Shown here: one piece after another, positions 1 through 12,700 of the stretch
Layout of the letters: the number at the start of each line of letters is the position of its first letter
How positions within the stretch are numbered: position 1 is the stretch's first letter
Source of the DNA: Eutreptiella sp. 'Long Island Sound 2002'
Taxonomy: Eukaryota > Protista > Euglenida
Length of the DNA stretch: 64,000 nucleotides
Assembly: GCA_964036045.1 (NCBI GenBank)
Contig: OZ038379.1
Location: forward strand, 5,704,001 to 5,768,000
Direction of reading: 5' to 3'
The notes under the pieces: model-generated
What the model was told of the DNA's origin: nothing
Databases searched by the model: none
What the model saw: the letters and a program-made list of their open reading frames with translations, nothing else
Translations under genes and position numbers: made by a program

Positions 1-96
1 GGTTTACGTGACCCCCCCCCCCCCCCTTCAGGACCCCCAAACCCACACACAACGGTGAACAATGGGGAACAACTCACTCATTTGCGACCGGAAAAT

Positions 97-653
97 CACC
101 TCAAAGAGAGGTTGTTAGATCAAGCGCAGGCGCGTGCGTCGCGCTTGATAACCCAAGGCATGACATTTGATGTCCAACCCCTTGTAAAATCATTATTTTG
201 CCCAACAAAACAATCCCCCAATGGATTTTTTGTTTTGGAGGCCTCTAAACCCCTGAAAATGGATACCATTTTTCGGGAGGGGGTGGTGGGGGGTGTCAAA
301 AGTTTGTGGTTAGAAGGATTCGAACCAGGGTCGAGTATAAAAAAAGGTCTCAGGGCCGATCGGCTGCGGCGGCGATCGGCTGATCCGCTGGCCAGGACTC
401 CAACCGCCGCCAGGCGATTTGTTTGCCTAGTGTTCGACCACGCAACCACTGAATGCTCCTGCACACTCTGGGTTCCCCAATGCTGGTAGTCGTAATTTGC
501 AACTGAAGAAAGCCAAACTGTGTGTTTCTGCCTGCCTGTCTGCCTGCCAGCTTGCCCGACCGACTGCCTGACTGACTGCTTGCCTGCCTGCCTGAGTGAT
601 TGGCTGACTTTCGGCCTCTCTTCGAGGTGCCTTGCCAAAGGCAATAGAATTTT
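97..653 (+). mobile_element. Family B non-autonomous element, copy 1 (Helentron/DINE-1-like architecture)
   Basis: 15-bp inverted repeats CACCTCAAAGAGAGG (97-111) and CCTCTCTTCGAGGTG (615-629). (CTGC/CTGA)n microsatellite at about 528-610. Hairpin TTGCC-AAA-GGCAA (632-644), then TAGAATTTT. Colinear with the copy at 20222-20797. The class assignment is inferred from architecture only. Confidence 0.6.
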
Positions 654-1588
654 CTGGGCCTCCGTGGACCGGGGCGCAGAATCCCCCCCCAGCCCCATTT
701 TTCCTGTTTTCCCCCATTTCCCCTGATTGAATGGTATCAGGGGCCTTACCCCTCGAGTTGTGTGTAGTCAAAATGCCCAGACTGAATCAGGGAATTTAAA
801 AACGCCGCCAAACCCTCGGAAAAACTGCACCCCCCCCCCCCCACCCAGGCTGCAGGGTTTGGGGCCTGGAATTGAACCGAACACCCCCCTGTGCCTCGCC
901 CCCGTGGCACTGTCTTTGCCCAAACTTGCACAGCATTGTCTCTCCCACTTTTATGTACCAGTGTCCCCCCCCCCCCCCGGGGTTCCTGCATTCCTTTCCC
1001 CCAGGGTCCTTGTCGCACCCTGAACTGTCTGGGCACTGTACCACATGGGACCAGCCCCCCAGTGGGTTTGCCCTCTTTCGATGGTCCCAGCCATCCTCAT
1101 TGCCCCCATCAGGAACCCCTGCAGCACCCACGCGACTTCCCCCCCCCCCCCCCCGCAGGTGGTGGTGCAGACCCGTGTTGAGGGATGTTCCCTCGGGGCC
1201 TGGCTACTGTGCCAGGGAGGCCTGCGCACCCCACACCCCGGTGTGCACCCCCTGGGCTCCTTTCAGCAACTCCGCACCACTGGGGGAGGGGTGGGGCATG
1301 GGGGCGGGGGGTCCCACACCACCCACCCACCCACCCACCCACCCTGGACGCCACCCCCCCCCCCAAAAAAAATATCGAGCCAAATTTTCCTCCGGGCCTT
1401 CGGACGATCAAAAATTTTTCTCTGGCGCCTTCGGCGCCAATTGGTTTCGACCAAAACCTTTCTTCGGCGCCTTTAAAAAACCCAGCACCACTGGGGGGGG
1501 GGGGGGTGCCGCCCACCCCCCCCCCACTCCCTTAAAAAAAAGCCCTGTGCACCCCCTCACAGGGTCCTTCTTGTTGTGCATCGCTCAG

Positions 1589-1641
1589 GAAATCGAAGCC
1601 CTGCAGAAGGAAGTGCAGAGGAAGGCTGCCGCCCTGGAGAA
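1589..1641 (+). CDS. Uncharacterised low-complexity protein (gene A), first visible exon; gene probably starts upstream of the window
   Basis: CTCAG|GAAATC acceptor, EIEALQKEVQRKAAALE(K), donor AA|GTATGT (phase 2), which matches the phase of the exon at 2217. Confidence 0.7.
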
Positions 1642-2216
1642 GTATGTCGTTGTGCCGCCGTTGTGCGGGCCTCGCCGTCCGCTGCGCGCCCCCTTCATGC
1701 CTCCGGTGCACTGACCGGGCGTGAGTGGGGGTGGCTCCGATGGGGTAAAGGTGGGGCGAAGGGGCGGATCAAAGGGACCTGAGTGGGAGTGACCGAGGGG
1801 ACATGAATCGGGGCAGATGGGCGGATGAAATGGGGGCAATTTGATGCGGGAACGGGGGCACTGGGGTAAATGGCGATACTTCACTGGGGGCAAACCGGGC
1901 CACACGGGCGTACATGGGGGCAGGCGGGCAAACGTCGTCGATGGGTGCTCCAGTCGGGGCAGCCGGGGCAACCGGGGGTTGGGGGCGAAGAAGTCAGACC
2001 ACGCCGGGCACTGTCTGATGTTGGGGTCATTCCCTGTCACTCTTCCCAACCGCATTGGGCAGGGGGAGAGGCCGCGGGGAAGGGGGCTCCCCACGCAGCT
2101 GACGCCCACGAGGCTGCCACCGTGTGCCCATTCATATCCCCGGAACGCAACCCCCCGCCCCGTGCGCGCTACCCAGCACCCGCTGTGTGGCCCAGCATGC
2201 GCCTCCTGTGCCGCAG

Positions 2217-2328
2217 GCTGCAGGAGAAAGAGAAGGCCCCCGCGGAGGGGTCCTCGCGCAGCAAGCGGTCGTGCGCCAAGAACGTCAATTACAACGAGAA
2301 CCAGTCGGAGGAGGCGCAACTGCGGCAG
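2217..2328 (+). CDS. Gene A exon
   Basis: CGCAG acceptor, (K)LQEKEKAPAEGSSRSKRSCAKNVNYNENQSEEAQLRQ, donor CAG|GTATGA (phase 0). GC3-rich codon use like the STT3 exons. Confidence 0.75.
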
Positions 2329-2637
2329 GTATGATGGGGCCACAGACCCCAAGCCACCAGCCACCAGCCAGGCCCCAGCAGCGCCGTCACGCACTGTCCA
2401 ATGTCCAAAGGGGAGCACTTGCTCCGCGCACGCGCGCGCGCACCTTGTAAGGGGACTGTCCCGGGACCGGACGGATTGCCCTGCGCCCCTCCCTCTTGGC
2501 GGGGGGCTGTGTTACACATGGGAAGCCTACTGAGGGTTCCACCTTCACCTTCACTCAGCTCACCTTGATGAGGCTTTACCCCCCCCCTCCCCCACAGAAA
2601 CGTACAAAACACACAGCATATGCATGCCACTGCACAG

Positions 2638-2638
<1 letters not shown>

Positions 2639-2730
<92 letters not shown>
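2639..2730 (+). repeat. (CA)n microsatellite, about 46 units, intronic
   Basis: Pure CA run seen directly. Confidence 0.98.
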
Positions 2731-2732
<2 letters not shown>

Positions 2733-2881
2733 CGCATGCACATGTGCGTGTGCGTGCGCCTGCACGGGATGGTGACGACCGCTCGCAACTGCTGGAGCAC
2801 CCCGGGTCTCCGCGCACCCTTAGCACATTTTACGTGGCGCCCAGCGCCGCCTCGCAGTGCGTTCCCACATCCGTCGTGCAG

Positions 2882-2945
2882 GATTTGGAGGATGCGAGCA
2901 GCAGCTTGTCCGAAAAACGCGCGCTGTACGACAAGAAGTTCTCAG
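2882..2945 (+). CDS. Gene A exon
   Basis: TGCAG acceptor, DLEDASSSLSEKRALYDKKFS, donor G|GTCTGC (phase 1). Confidence 0.7.
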
Positions 2946-3850
2946 GTCTGCATGTGCACTGGTCCCGCGCCCTTCACAACACGAGGGAGTTTGGGGGTGC
3001 CGGGCACATCCCGTGCCGGTGCAGGCATGTCCTGGTAACGACGATGCAGAGCACAGTGCCACGATCGGATGACAGCATTTGTTGAATGGGACAGTAGAGG
3101 GTAACAGGGCGGGGGGCACATTGGCTTGCGCCGGGGGGGGGGTTCGTTCGAGGGGGGGCTGGGGGTCTGGGAAAGGCTCTCGTGACAGGTCAGTCCAAAG
3201 AGGCTAGTCTAAATTCGAATGATGACTCATGACTCACCACCTGCGCTGCGAAGCGGCCCGGAAGAATTTTTTTCCAACAATAATTGCTCCCATGATACAT
3301 GCCTCAAGATGATTGTCGCATCGTGGGGGATCCTTTTGAGCCACATATGTTTGGGTACCTCAGGACCCCCCCCCCCCCCCGCCCCCCCCCGCCCCCCCCC
3401 GCCCAACCTCCCCGTCGGCCCGTCGGGGGTCCCCGTCAGTCCGTTGGGAGTCCCCGTCACGAGAGCCCTGAAGGGGGGGGGGGGGTCCAGGCAAGGTTTG
3501 TAGATTTGGAGACATGTGCAAAAGTGCCCGGTGCCCCTGGTACCACCCAACTGAAAGTGGGACAACCCGACAGCCACAATGGGAGGCAGGGAGCGACATG
3601 CTGCCCCCCCCCGGCGCCGCACACCAGCAGCGGTGAGCGTGCCAGCAGAAGAAGAAAGAGCCCGAAATTGGGAGGAACGCAAGCAGCAACGCAACTGGGC
3701 ACAGGGCCGCCCCACACACGGCAGTGAGACGAGCCCCTACAGGACACACAACAATACACAAGGGAACCATGAGGTGCGAGCACTGCAGCAACCACCAAAT
3801 GCGGCGCATGCCGAGCGAGCCATCGGCAAACACCCCCCCCCCCCTCCGCC

Positions 3851-4782
3851 TACAAGGTGCCCACGCACTCCACAAGGGCTGTGCCCCGCGTGCCGGGAGG
3901 TGCCCGCCACGTGGGTGGCAACAGGGCCGTGACCAGCCAACCGCGCATGGGACAGTCCACGTCGTACGGAGATGTGAAATCCTCGTATGGGGGGGGCAGG
4001 CGGGTGGGACAGGAGTGGGTGCACGAAAGGGGCACCCAGGAGCGCCAACAGACAGGGGGAGGAGCGACACAGACACACAGAACGCAGGAGCCACACCAGG
4101 AGGGACAAGGGCGAGCACAGCAGACAAGGAGGAGGGGCACAGCGAGGCAGGAGAGGCGACCAGAACAGCGGGAACAGGGAACCAGAATGGAAGGGATGGG
4201 AGAGCGTGCGCATGGGAGGCAGCGACGATGAAGGGGATGGCCTGGCCAGCCAGCCCCGTCGCTACCGGGTGCCAGGGCAACCCCTGCTCAACCGGCATCA
4301 GGTGGGGGGTGTCTCCCGCAGCCCAGATGGGCTGTTTGCGCAGCAGGAGCGGGAGCCCATCAGGGGCAGACCGGCCGTGAGGGGGAAAAGGACACATGGT
4401 GGACGGCCGGGACAGCGCGTGGAGGAACAGGGCACCTGGGTCTCACGCACACAGAAACACAGCGAGGCAGGCTATAGACGGCCTGTGGACAGAGGCGCGT
4501 GGACAGCAAAAACAGTAAAACGACCCCGGCAACAACCAGCACATCCTCAATATGCCAACTATTGGGCGCCGCTGACACGCAAACAGCACACCATGCCACA
4601 TCCAGCACAGCCCCAACACACCAACTACTGGGCTCCGCGAACGCGGAAATGACACCAGCAAGAGCACCGGCCGCAGCGGCCGACAGAAAGCAGCAACCCG
4701 ACGCAACATGCGAAGGGAAGAACGGGTGACCGTCCAGGGCCCCGTAAAGGAACAACAACCAGGCGGAATGTCACACAGGGGG
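3851..4782 (+). repeat. Dispersed repeat family A, composite copy (module X 3851-4364 plus module Y 4402-4782)
   Basis: Module X is near-identical to 30541-31051 and module Y is near-identical to 16900-17276 (direct orientation). Confidence 0.9.
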
Positions 4783-5344
4783 TCCAGGCAAGGGGCTCGA
4801 ACAACCCCTCCGCGCACAAGCCCATTTCCCCCCACCCCGTCCTGAGGGCGAGAAGACAGTGGCGGTCATGCATTCAGACCAGGCAGTCGGGATGTCGTAG
4901 TAGAGGGACGCCATGCGTTCAAAAGTGCCCGGAGAAAGTGAAAGCAGGCGCACAGAGTGCCGGTGTATTCACTGGACGGAGACGATACAAAGGGGGCACA
5001 CGTTGAGAGTGCCTGTGCAAAGCGACTGCGCGCGATAAAGAGCGCTAGTCCCCGCGGCGGCACCGGCTCCCTCCCAATTTGGGGCCTTGCACACTGGTCC
5101 CAGCCTTTGTGTTCCGTCCTCCGGGTCATACGGGCTGCCACACATTCTGTCCCAACCCCTGGGCCCCGCCGGACGGGGCCTCTCTTATGGGGGGGTCAGA
5201 CACCGGCGTCTGCCCCGGATAGGAGCCGTGACCCTGGTGGCTCGCTGCAGTTGCCCCGGTCTGCCCGTGACAAATCAATGCCGTTGCCGTGAGCACACCA
5301 GAGGAACGCAACTCCCTCAGACGGCACCGGCATATGTGTGGCAG

Positions 5345-5466
5345 GGAAAGTGCAACGCAGGCCGCAGGAACAGAGCAAGAAGCCTCCCGTTGGTAAGCCC
5401 GCGGAAACGCAGCCGAAGCGGAAGCAGCCGAAGCCACCGGAGCAGCGGCCCAAGCGGTCTGCCGCG
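5345..5466 (+). CDS. Gene A exon
   Basis: GGCAG acceptor, (G)KVQRRPQEQSKKPPVGKPAETQPKRKQPKPPEQRPKRSAA, donor GCG|GTATGT. Phase 1 in, phase 0 out, which bridges the exons at 2882 and 7997. Confidence 0.7.
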
Positions 5467-7039
5467 GTATGTCGTGGTGGTGTTGGCGTCGGCTGCGGGC
5501 AGTGCGCCTCGCCTGCGGTGCGTCGTGCCCGTGCGGAGGCCGGGCAGCGATTTGCGGTCATTTGCAATTGCATTTCGAGTGACGCCTCCCTCTCCCGGGC
5601 GATGTGTTGATGATCCGCGGAGTACAGCACAACGCCAGCGGGGGGGGGGGGGGGTGAAGGGGGATGGGATTGTGGAGGGAAGATTGGGGCAGCCAGTGCC
5701 GTCCCTGGGACGGTCCTGAGGCCTGCGCCTGCATTCATCTCAACAACAATCAGCGCTGCGTAGCAATCTTTTGAGGGATGGTACCCCGTCCCCCTCTTTT
5801 TCGACCGATAGTCAGAAGACTGACTTTGTTCAACCCACCAAGGATTGGTTCGCAGGGAAGCACCTTCCCGTTGTTGTCATTTTTGCGCCTTGAAATCTCT
5901 TTGGTACTGTGCTCTGCACTGTGCTGCCATGGACTTCAGAAGAAGTGAGCCTGATGCTGTGGCTTCGGTGCACGTTGTTGTATCCATCGCTGTTGTATAG
6001 CCATCACCGCTGTTGTATCATTTCCCAAACCGCAGGTTCCTCGTCCCGCATCCCACACCCCACATCCTGCATTGCATATTACACATCCCACATCCCACAT
6101 CCCTTACTATCCCACACCCCAAATCAGGGGTGAGAATGAGAGCAATGACGTGAGGGATGTCCATGCTGAAGTAAAATTTTCTTGCACCACCGCATGGGAC
6201 AACTTGGAAGGCGCACCGCCCCTCAGGAGGGGAGGTTATAAGTCCTCGTGCCGTCCGAATTTCCATCCAACTCCACGTGGTTCGTCTCCAGAACAAGCCA
6301 AATGGACGGCCATATGTCTGCCAGGGCTTGCCGTCGGTGGGAAGCGGTCCGGACGCGTGCCAGGCTTGCATCAAGAAACCCCCCCCCCCAAATAACGTAC
6401 CCCGGGGTACGGTATTTGCCTGACGCTCAATAGGGCCAGGGGGGTACACTATTCGGGGGGGTACACTATTTGGGTGTTTCGCTGTCACCCTCACCCTCAC
6501 CCCCCTTTGCCTTCTCTTTCGTCATAGGCATGCAGCCCTGTCCACATCAATGGCATCCGGCTCCGATGCTGATGCGGCTGTAGATATGCTTTGTGTGCAT
6601 GCTTGCTGTAGACAAACCTGCAAACCACAATCACCACTTTCTTCAAGTGAGCTACTGTGTTGTGGTGTTGAGACCGTATCCTGAATTTGTTTGTGTTTCG
6701 TTTGCTTGTATGTGATGAAAAGGGGGTACAGTATTTGGCAAAACGCTTATTAAGCCAAGGGGGGTACACTATTTGGGGGGGTACACTATTTGGGGGGGGT
6801 ACCTTATTTGGGGGGGGGGGTTTACCAAAACGCAAGCAAAAACACACGCCAAGGAGCACAGGTGATTAGAAACCCATCACAGCTCCAAACGTCACGGTTT
6901 GGGGATGACTGAATGTGAAGCAGCTCCCAGCGCTGGCAGAGGAGTGGATGCGGCAACTGTGAGCCGTGAGATAGTCATTCCAATTGCACCCACACGACTG
7001 CATCCCCCCTGCTCCCCATCCCCCAACCGCCCCCCACCA

Positions 7040-7850
7040 CTGACTTGGATCAACAACAGCGGTGATGCGTGCAGCAGCGGTGATGGATACAGCAGCAGCA
7101 ATGGATCTCGCAACAGTGCTGTGTATCGCAGTAGCAATGGACATAACAACAATGACCAATGTAGCAGCAGCGATGCACATACCACCCTCGAGAGATGTGA
7201 CAGCAGTGACCATGATAACAGCAGTGTTGAATATGACAGCAGTGATGAAATCGACAAGGGTGACCAAATGCAGCAGCGGTGCTAGATATAAGAACGGATA
7301 CAACATCAGTGATGGATGTAACTGGATCGATTGGCGTTGCAACCGATGGACGTAACAGCCGATGGATATTACAGCAGAGATGGATGCACCGTCAGTGATG
7401 GATATAGGATATTGGATCAGACAGCAGGGAGGATCTCAGAAGCAGGGCTCTGTGCAACAGCAGTGCCGGACATGACAGCAATGACCAATGTCGCAGCATC
7501 GATGCAGATAACAGCAATACTATGTAACAGCGGTGATGGATATCACAGCAGTGATGGAGATAGGAGTGGTGATGGAGCTAACGGTGGTGATAGATCGATA
7601 ACACACACCACTGCTGTTATGCCCATCACGCCTGTTGTGCCCATCGGTGCTGTTCTTGCCATCGGCTGCTGTTATATCCATCACCGCCATCATATCCATC
7701 ACTGCTGTGACATCTCCCTGGATGGATATAACAGCATCGATGTTTTTTCCATCACTGCTGCTATATCCATCACTGCTGTTACGTCCGTCAATTGTTACGT
7801 CTATCGCTGCCGCAGCGCTGCTGTTATGTCCGTCACTGCTGTTGGCTCGG
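7040..7850. repeat. Foldback-type degenerate minisatellite (ACAGCAGTGATGGATAT-like units, then their reverse complements)
   Basis: Forward units at about 7040-7595 and reverse-complement units (ATATCCATCACTGCTGT) at about 7605-7850. More reverse units at about 5970-6015. Confidence 0.8.
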
Positions 7851-7996
7851 TGCTTGGGTACGTCCAATACCCCCCCCCCCCCCAAAAAAAAAGGTCCATA
7901 CAAGGGTCTGGCCACAAGGTCCTACAAGCCCGTCCGCCTTCATTGCTAGACTGTCCTTGCAGTCTTCCGTTGCCATTTTTCTGCTTTTTGCTGCAG

Positions 7997-9577
7997 GGAA
8001 TGGGCACTGCGCTGGAGACCCCGATGAAGCCCAGTAAGCCAAACCAACCGAAGACCCCGGAGAATTTTCTGTTCGACACTGAGACCCCTGAGAAGCCGCG
8101 CAATGGTCGTGACGCAGAGAGTGAGGCAGACAGTGAGGCAGAGAGTGTGGCAGAAAGCGTGGCAAGGAGTGAAGATGAAAGCGGGGATGAGAGTGGGGAC
8201 GAAAGTGGGAGTGAAAGCGGGGAAGAGAGCGAGAAAGAGAGTGGGGAAGAGAGCGAGGCTGCGGACAGTGAGGCCGAGAGTGACGGTGCAAGTGAGACTG
8301 GGAAGGTAGAGGACCCGGATGCCGGTGAGAGCGACAGTGGCAGGGAAAGTGAGAAGGACAGCGACGGGGGTAGCGAAGACGGAAGCGATTCCGAAGTCGA
8401 TTCCGCGGCGTCCGACAGTGAGGGTGGTGAGTCTGGGGAGGAGGGCGAGGAGAGCGAGGCAGAGGAAGGGGTTGGAGAGTCGGAGGCGGACGGTGAACCG
8501 GAGGGGAAGGATGAAGAAGGGGAGGGGGTCAAGGCAGAGGTGCAGGAGGCCGATGGAGATGGGGAGAGGCCGGAGGGCGCCCCAGCGAAATGCGCCCCCG
8601 ACGCGGATGGAGAGGGAGGTGGGCGTCCCCGCGGGCACCGCGCCGATGCCGCTGCGGCACCAGGGTCCGACGGGCACAGCGCAGGGCCGACGACGTCAGA
8701 CGCGACCAGCCCCCCAAAGCCTCCGCATGACGCGGCTGCATCTGCAGTCCGGATCGAGGCGGAGGACGTGGACAATCCCATCGCCAGCCCGACGCCGTCT
8801 GACCCCAAGCCCAGCCCCGGGCCTCGTCCTCGCCCCAGCCCCGGGCCCCAGTCCGGCCCAACCCCGAGTCCGCGCCCCAATCCCGATCCGTGCCCCAGTC
8901 CGTGCCCTAAGCCCAGCCCGAGCCTGTTTCCGAGCCCCGCCCCCGAGCCCAGCCCCAGCCTGTTCCCAAGCCCCAGTCCCGGCGCAAGCACACAGCCCAG
9001 CCCCGGTGCCAGCCCGAAGCCCAGCCCCAAGTCGAGCCCCAGCCCCGACCGTGCCTCTCAAACCGCCCCCAAGCCGCGTCCTACCCCCACCCCCGACCCC
9101 GGCGGCAAACGCAGCCCTGCCCTGGGCCTGACCCCGCAGTTGACCCCTATGTCCCGCACGGAGCCCAGCCCCGACCTCCTCAGCTGCGGCCCTTCCCCGA
9201 GCCCAGTGCCCTCGTCCGGCCTCGGGGCAGCTGCCTCGCCTGGCGAGCCGGCATTCGTCAGGAAGCTCGATTTCCGGGGCGATGCCCAGGGCAGCGAGGG
9301 CCGGCGAGAGAAGGGCCCGTCACAAGAGGACAAGGCCGTGGCAAAAGCCGCGCCTGCCGTGGCGGCGAAGGGCGTGTCGTCGCCGGCGGCGGCCCCTGCG
9401 CGGGGGCCGCCAGTCAGGGCCGAGGCCGGGCCCACACCGAAGTCTGGCGTGGACGCCGCGCACACGCGACCTCCTGCAGGAGCAGCCGCTGGGGGTCGCG
9501 GCGATGCGAAAGAGCCCAAGGCGGAAGAAAGAGGCGTTGACAGTGACAGTGACAGCAGCAGTAGTAGTAGTAGCGCT

Positions 9578-9618
<41 letters not shown>

Positions 9619-9748
9619 CGATGTCCACATCGTTGAGGGCACGAACCGGGTGACCTCTGGCGCCTCGGGAAGACCTACGGCGGCCTCCTCCGCAGGCTCG
9701 GGGATGCGCACATTCTCACGAGTCAAGCCAAGCCCTGCTGCCCAGTGA
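7997..9748 (+). CDS. Gene A terminal exon: acidic E/S/D/G tract, (PS/PK)n proline-rich repeats and poly-Ser, intrinsically disordered
   Basis: Pyrimidine tract plus CTGCAG acceptor at 7996, then 584 open codons (GMGTALETPMK...PSPAAQ*). Phase 0 matches the upstream exon. Confidence 0.75.
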
Positions 9749-12700
9749 GGCCCCTTCGCTGCCCCTTTGGGATGTACAGACTGGGATCCGTTGGGACGCC
9801 TTGGGATCGCTTTGGGGTGGGCCTGCGCTGTGCTGAGGGGTCGCTTCCGTTGGCACTACGTTTGAACTCCGCTGGCGACGGCGTGGGGTTTGTGGACTGG
9901 AGGCCTGGGGTTGACCCCGGATTGAATCGCGTGTGCTCTGTAGTGAGGCCCCACGGTCTTGGGCGGGGGGTATGCACAGCGAAACCCGTTGGAAGGGCGT
10001 GGTGACCCGAGGAGGGCAGACACTGCAGGCCGAACGCACGGAACACGGAGGGAGGGGGCGTGCCGGCAGGCGCGGAGGTAGGGCCGTGGTGTGCAGGGGC
10101 AGAGGGGAGGGAGGGAGGGGCGTGGCATTGTGTTGAGAGGGGGGGGGGCGGTGTGCCGCGGTGGGGGAAAGGGCAGGGGGAGGGGAGGTGAGACCCGTCC
10201 GACTCTGAGGCGCCCGTGGGCCCCGGAAAAGGCTCCGCCGTCAATGAAGTCTGAGGTCTGCCGACAAGAGGGACGCCTCGCCGGCGCCGTCCGGAAGCCC
10301 CGGTATCACTGCTCGCGGGGGACAAGGGGGGCAGGATGGTGTGCAGGGCCAGTGGGAAAGGGGTAGGGGGGCGGCAGGGGGGGCTGGGCCGTAGCAGGGT
10401 GTGCAGGAAATGGGGGGGTGGACGGCGGAGATGGTGATGACCGGGCATTCGGCCACTTCCTTTTGCCACTTCGGGTTGCCAGAATTCTGATGGCCCCTGC
10501 TGCCGTCGCTAACCCACTGACCACACGTACGGTGACGTGCCTTTCGATTGCTGTCGGTGGAGCTTTGTTGCGTGAGGCTTGTGCTGGTGGTCTCCTTGAA
10601 GGAGGAGGTTTCTATCCGCCTTGGTAAGAATCCCCCTCATACCTCTCATCCCAGCCCTCCGTGTGGCGGCACTGCGAAACCGGCTTTCCCGGGTCCCCCC
10701 TTCCCCACGAATTGTTGACCTAATGGACCGGGGACCTCGTCCGGGGAAGATCTATGTGCCGTGCGGCAAACACTTGAACACCAAAACGGCGCGGGGGAAT
10801 GACTCGAACAATGTCACAACACGCAGCAAAGCAGGAGAGAGCACCAGGACCACATGCCATCGTCACCGACCCAGCAGCCCCCCCCCCCCCCCCTTGGCTC
10901 TCACCTCTCGGGACCACTAAGCTTTCGCTGTTGGGCGCGCGGGGGGGTCAATAGAGCCCCCGAAAACGTTTTTGGGGGCGGGGGCTTCAAAAAGGGCTCA
11001 ATGTTGCCATTCGCGCCGAAGGTGCCGGGAGAAAAATTTGGCGACGCTGGCCTACCACAAACATGTCCATGACGCATGCGTGTCCATCGCATGCCGCTCG
11101 CACGATGGAATGTATGGTTCTCCGCAGGGTGATGTGCGTACACGCCTGCCACCGACCCCTGTTACATTTGTTACCCTCAGCGTCAGGATTAGAATAAGGA
11201 CCTAACCCTGCCCTCACCCTCAGTAAGTGACCCCTCCTCTTCTAACCTCCTTCCTACATTGAACGCCCGCCGTCCCCTGTCAGAAGGATGGGCCTTCTTT
11301 TGAGGGGTGGGGCTGCCACACCGGGGACATGCCCACGGTATAGCAGCCCATGGGATGGGGTATAGTCTCCACGGTACAGTTGTGCTGCACATCGGTCCGG
11401 TGGCTGTGCCGCTGACGCCATACTGCAGATGCGACCGTGGGCTCCGGCGGGGGGACACCAACCTCCCCCATCCCCCTGCCCGCTATGGAGTGCGGCCTAT
11501 CTGACACGGCGTGGTGATGCGGGGTATCGTCACCGCCCACCCCGAAGGCTCGCAAGTACGCGCAGGGTCGGGTACACCCCCGCCACACATGGCAACGGAT
11601 TCTTAACAGCACCAGGAGCCCTCCCGCATGCGCTAGTCCTCCTCTACGTTGCACCAGCGCCGGGTCGGCGGGCCCTCCTCGGACCGGATCGCACGTGTTG
11701 CCTGGCGCACAACAGCGTCTTGGCACCCTTGTGCACGCCAGAAGGGCAACGCACTCTCAGAAGGCAATGGCATTTGCTGGTCTCGTCTGTCTCTTCTTTT
11801 TGCCACACAGGCTGACGCCAGCTGACGACGCATCCCAGCGGCGCAGATCTGTCATCGTTTACATCGTCGCAGAGTGGTACCAGGGGACCCAACAGATGCT
11901 GTGTCCCAGGGCGTTCTTCCAACGCACCCAAAGCGTTCCTTTTTGCCCTCTGAACGCGTATGCCCCAGGCTGGCGGTTAAAGGCCAACTGCTGCGTTACA
12001 AACCGCTGGTTGAATTTTGTCGGTCAGCCACAAACCACTGTCGGTTGGTCACCAACTCCTGTCGGATAAGCACCAACGACTGTCGGTTGACCAGTCAGCT
12101 GCGCCAACCGCCGCCGGTTGACTGCCAGTGCGGCCTTTTGTTTCCCCCAAAACATCGCGCGACCCGACATTTTCCGTTTTTTTTCCCCCCCCGAACGAAA
12201 GCAGAAGAGAGCACCTGAAAGGAACGGACTTGAAGCCCTGCTACAGCTGCCTCCAGACATATCCGTCCCCGTACCCCAACCGCACAAGGGCGCCTTAAAG
12301 GGGCCATCTTGTCAACGTGTCCCTCAATCCCACACCTTGACCTCAATCCCTGTACAGAATTTCTTCCACTGGTTGACTTACAGCGCCCTGAACAGCTACC
12401 CAGCCCCCCTTTTCCTAGGCAGACTCCGGCTGGCCGAGACGTTGGAGCACATGCGTCCTGCACCCGCGGTTCCGCGCCCGAATCCAAGGATTCGAACATT
12501 GCACTTGACGGACGCCGTGAGTACAGCAACGCAGGGGGTTTGGGGTCTGGGCCGACCACTGTGCACTGGATCGATCTGCATGAGACGCTCCGGGGCTGGT
12601 GCGCAAACTGCATCGCCCTCTGTGCGGCCTGCTGACGCTGGGCCGTCTGCGCTCCTGCACCCCCCCCACCCCCCCGCCCCTTCCCACCCCCGTCTCAGCA

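Noticed and set aside
872-5738. Many 100-345-aa Pro/Gly/Arg-rich ORFs
   Set aside because: They arise from GC-rich dispersed repeats and poly-C/G tracts, and the same peptides reappear at the other repeat copies (for example 16608-17144, 30491-31150).
7331-7996. N-terminal part of the 805-aa ORF
   Set aside because: It runs through the foldback minisatellite and a poly-C tract. A strong acceptor at 7996 and phase-matched upstream exons indicate this part is intron.
7801-9726. Long antisense ORFs over gene A's last exon, and similar shadow ORFs over the STT3 exons
   Set aside because: These are expected stop-free antisense or alternative frames of GC3-rich coding DNA, with no independent motifs.
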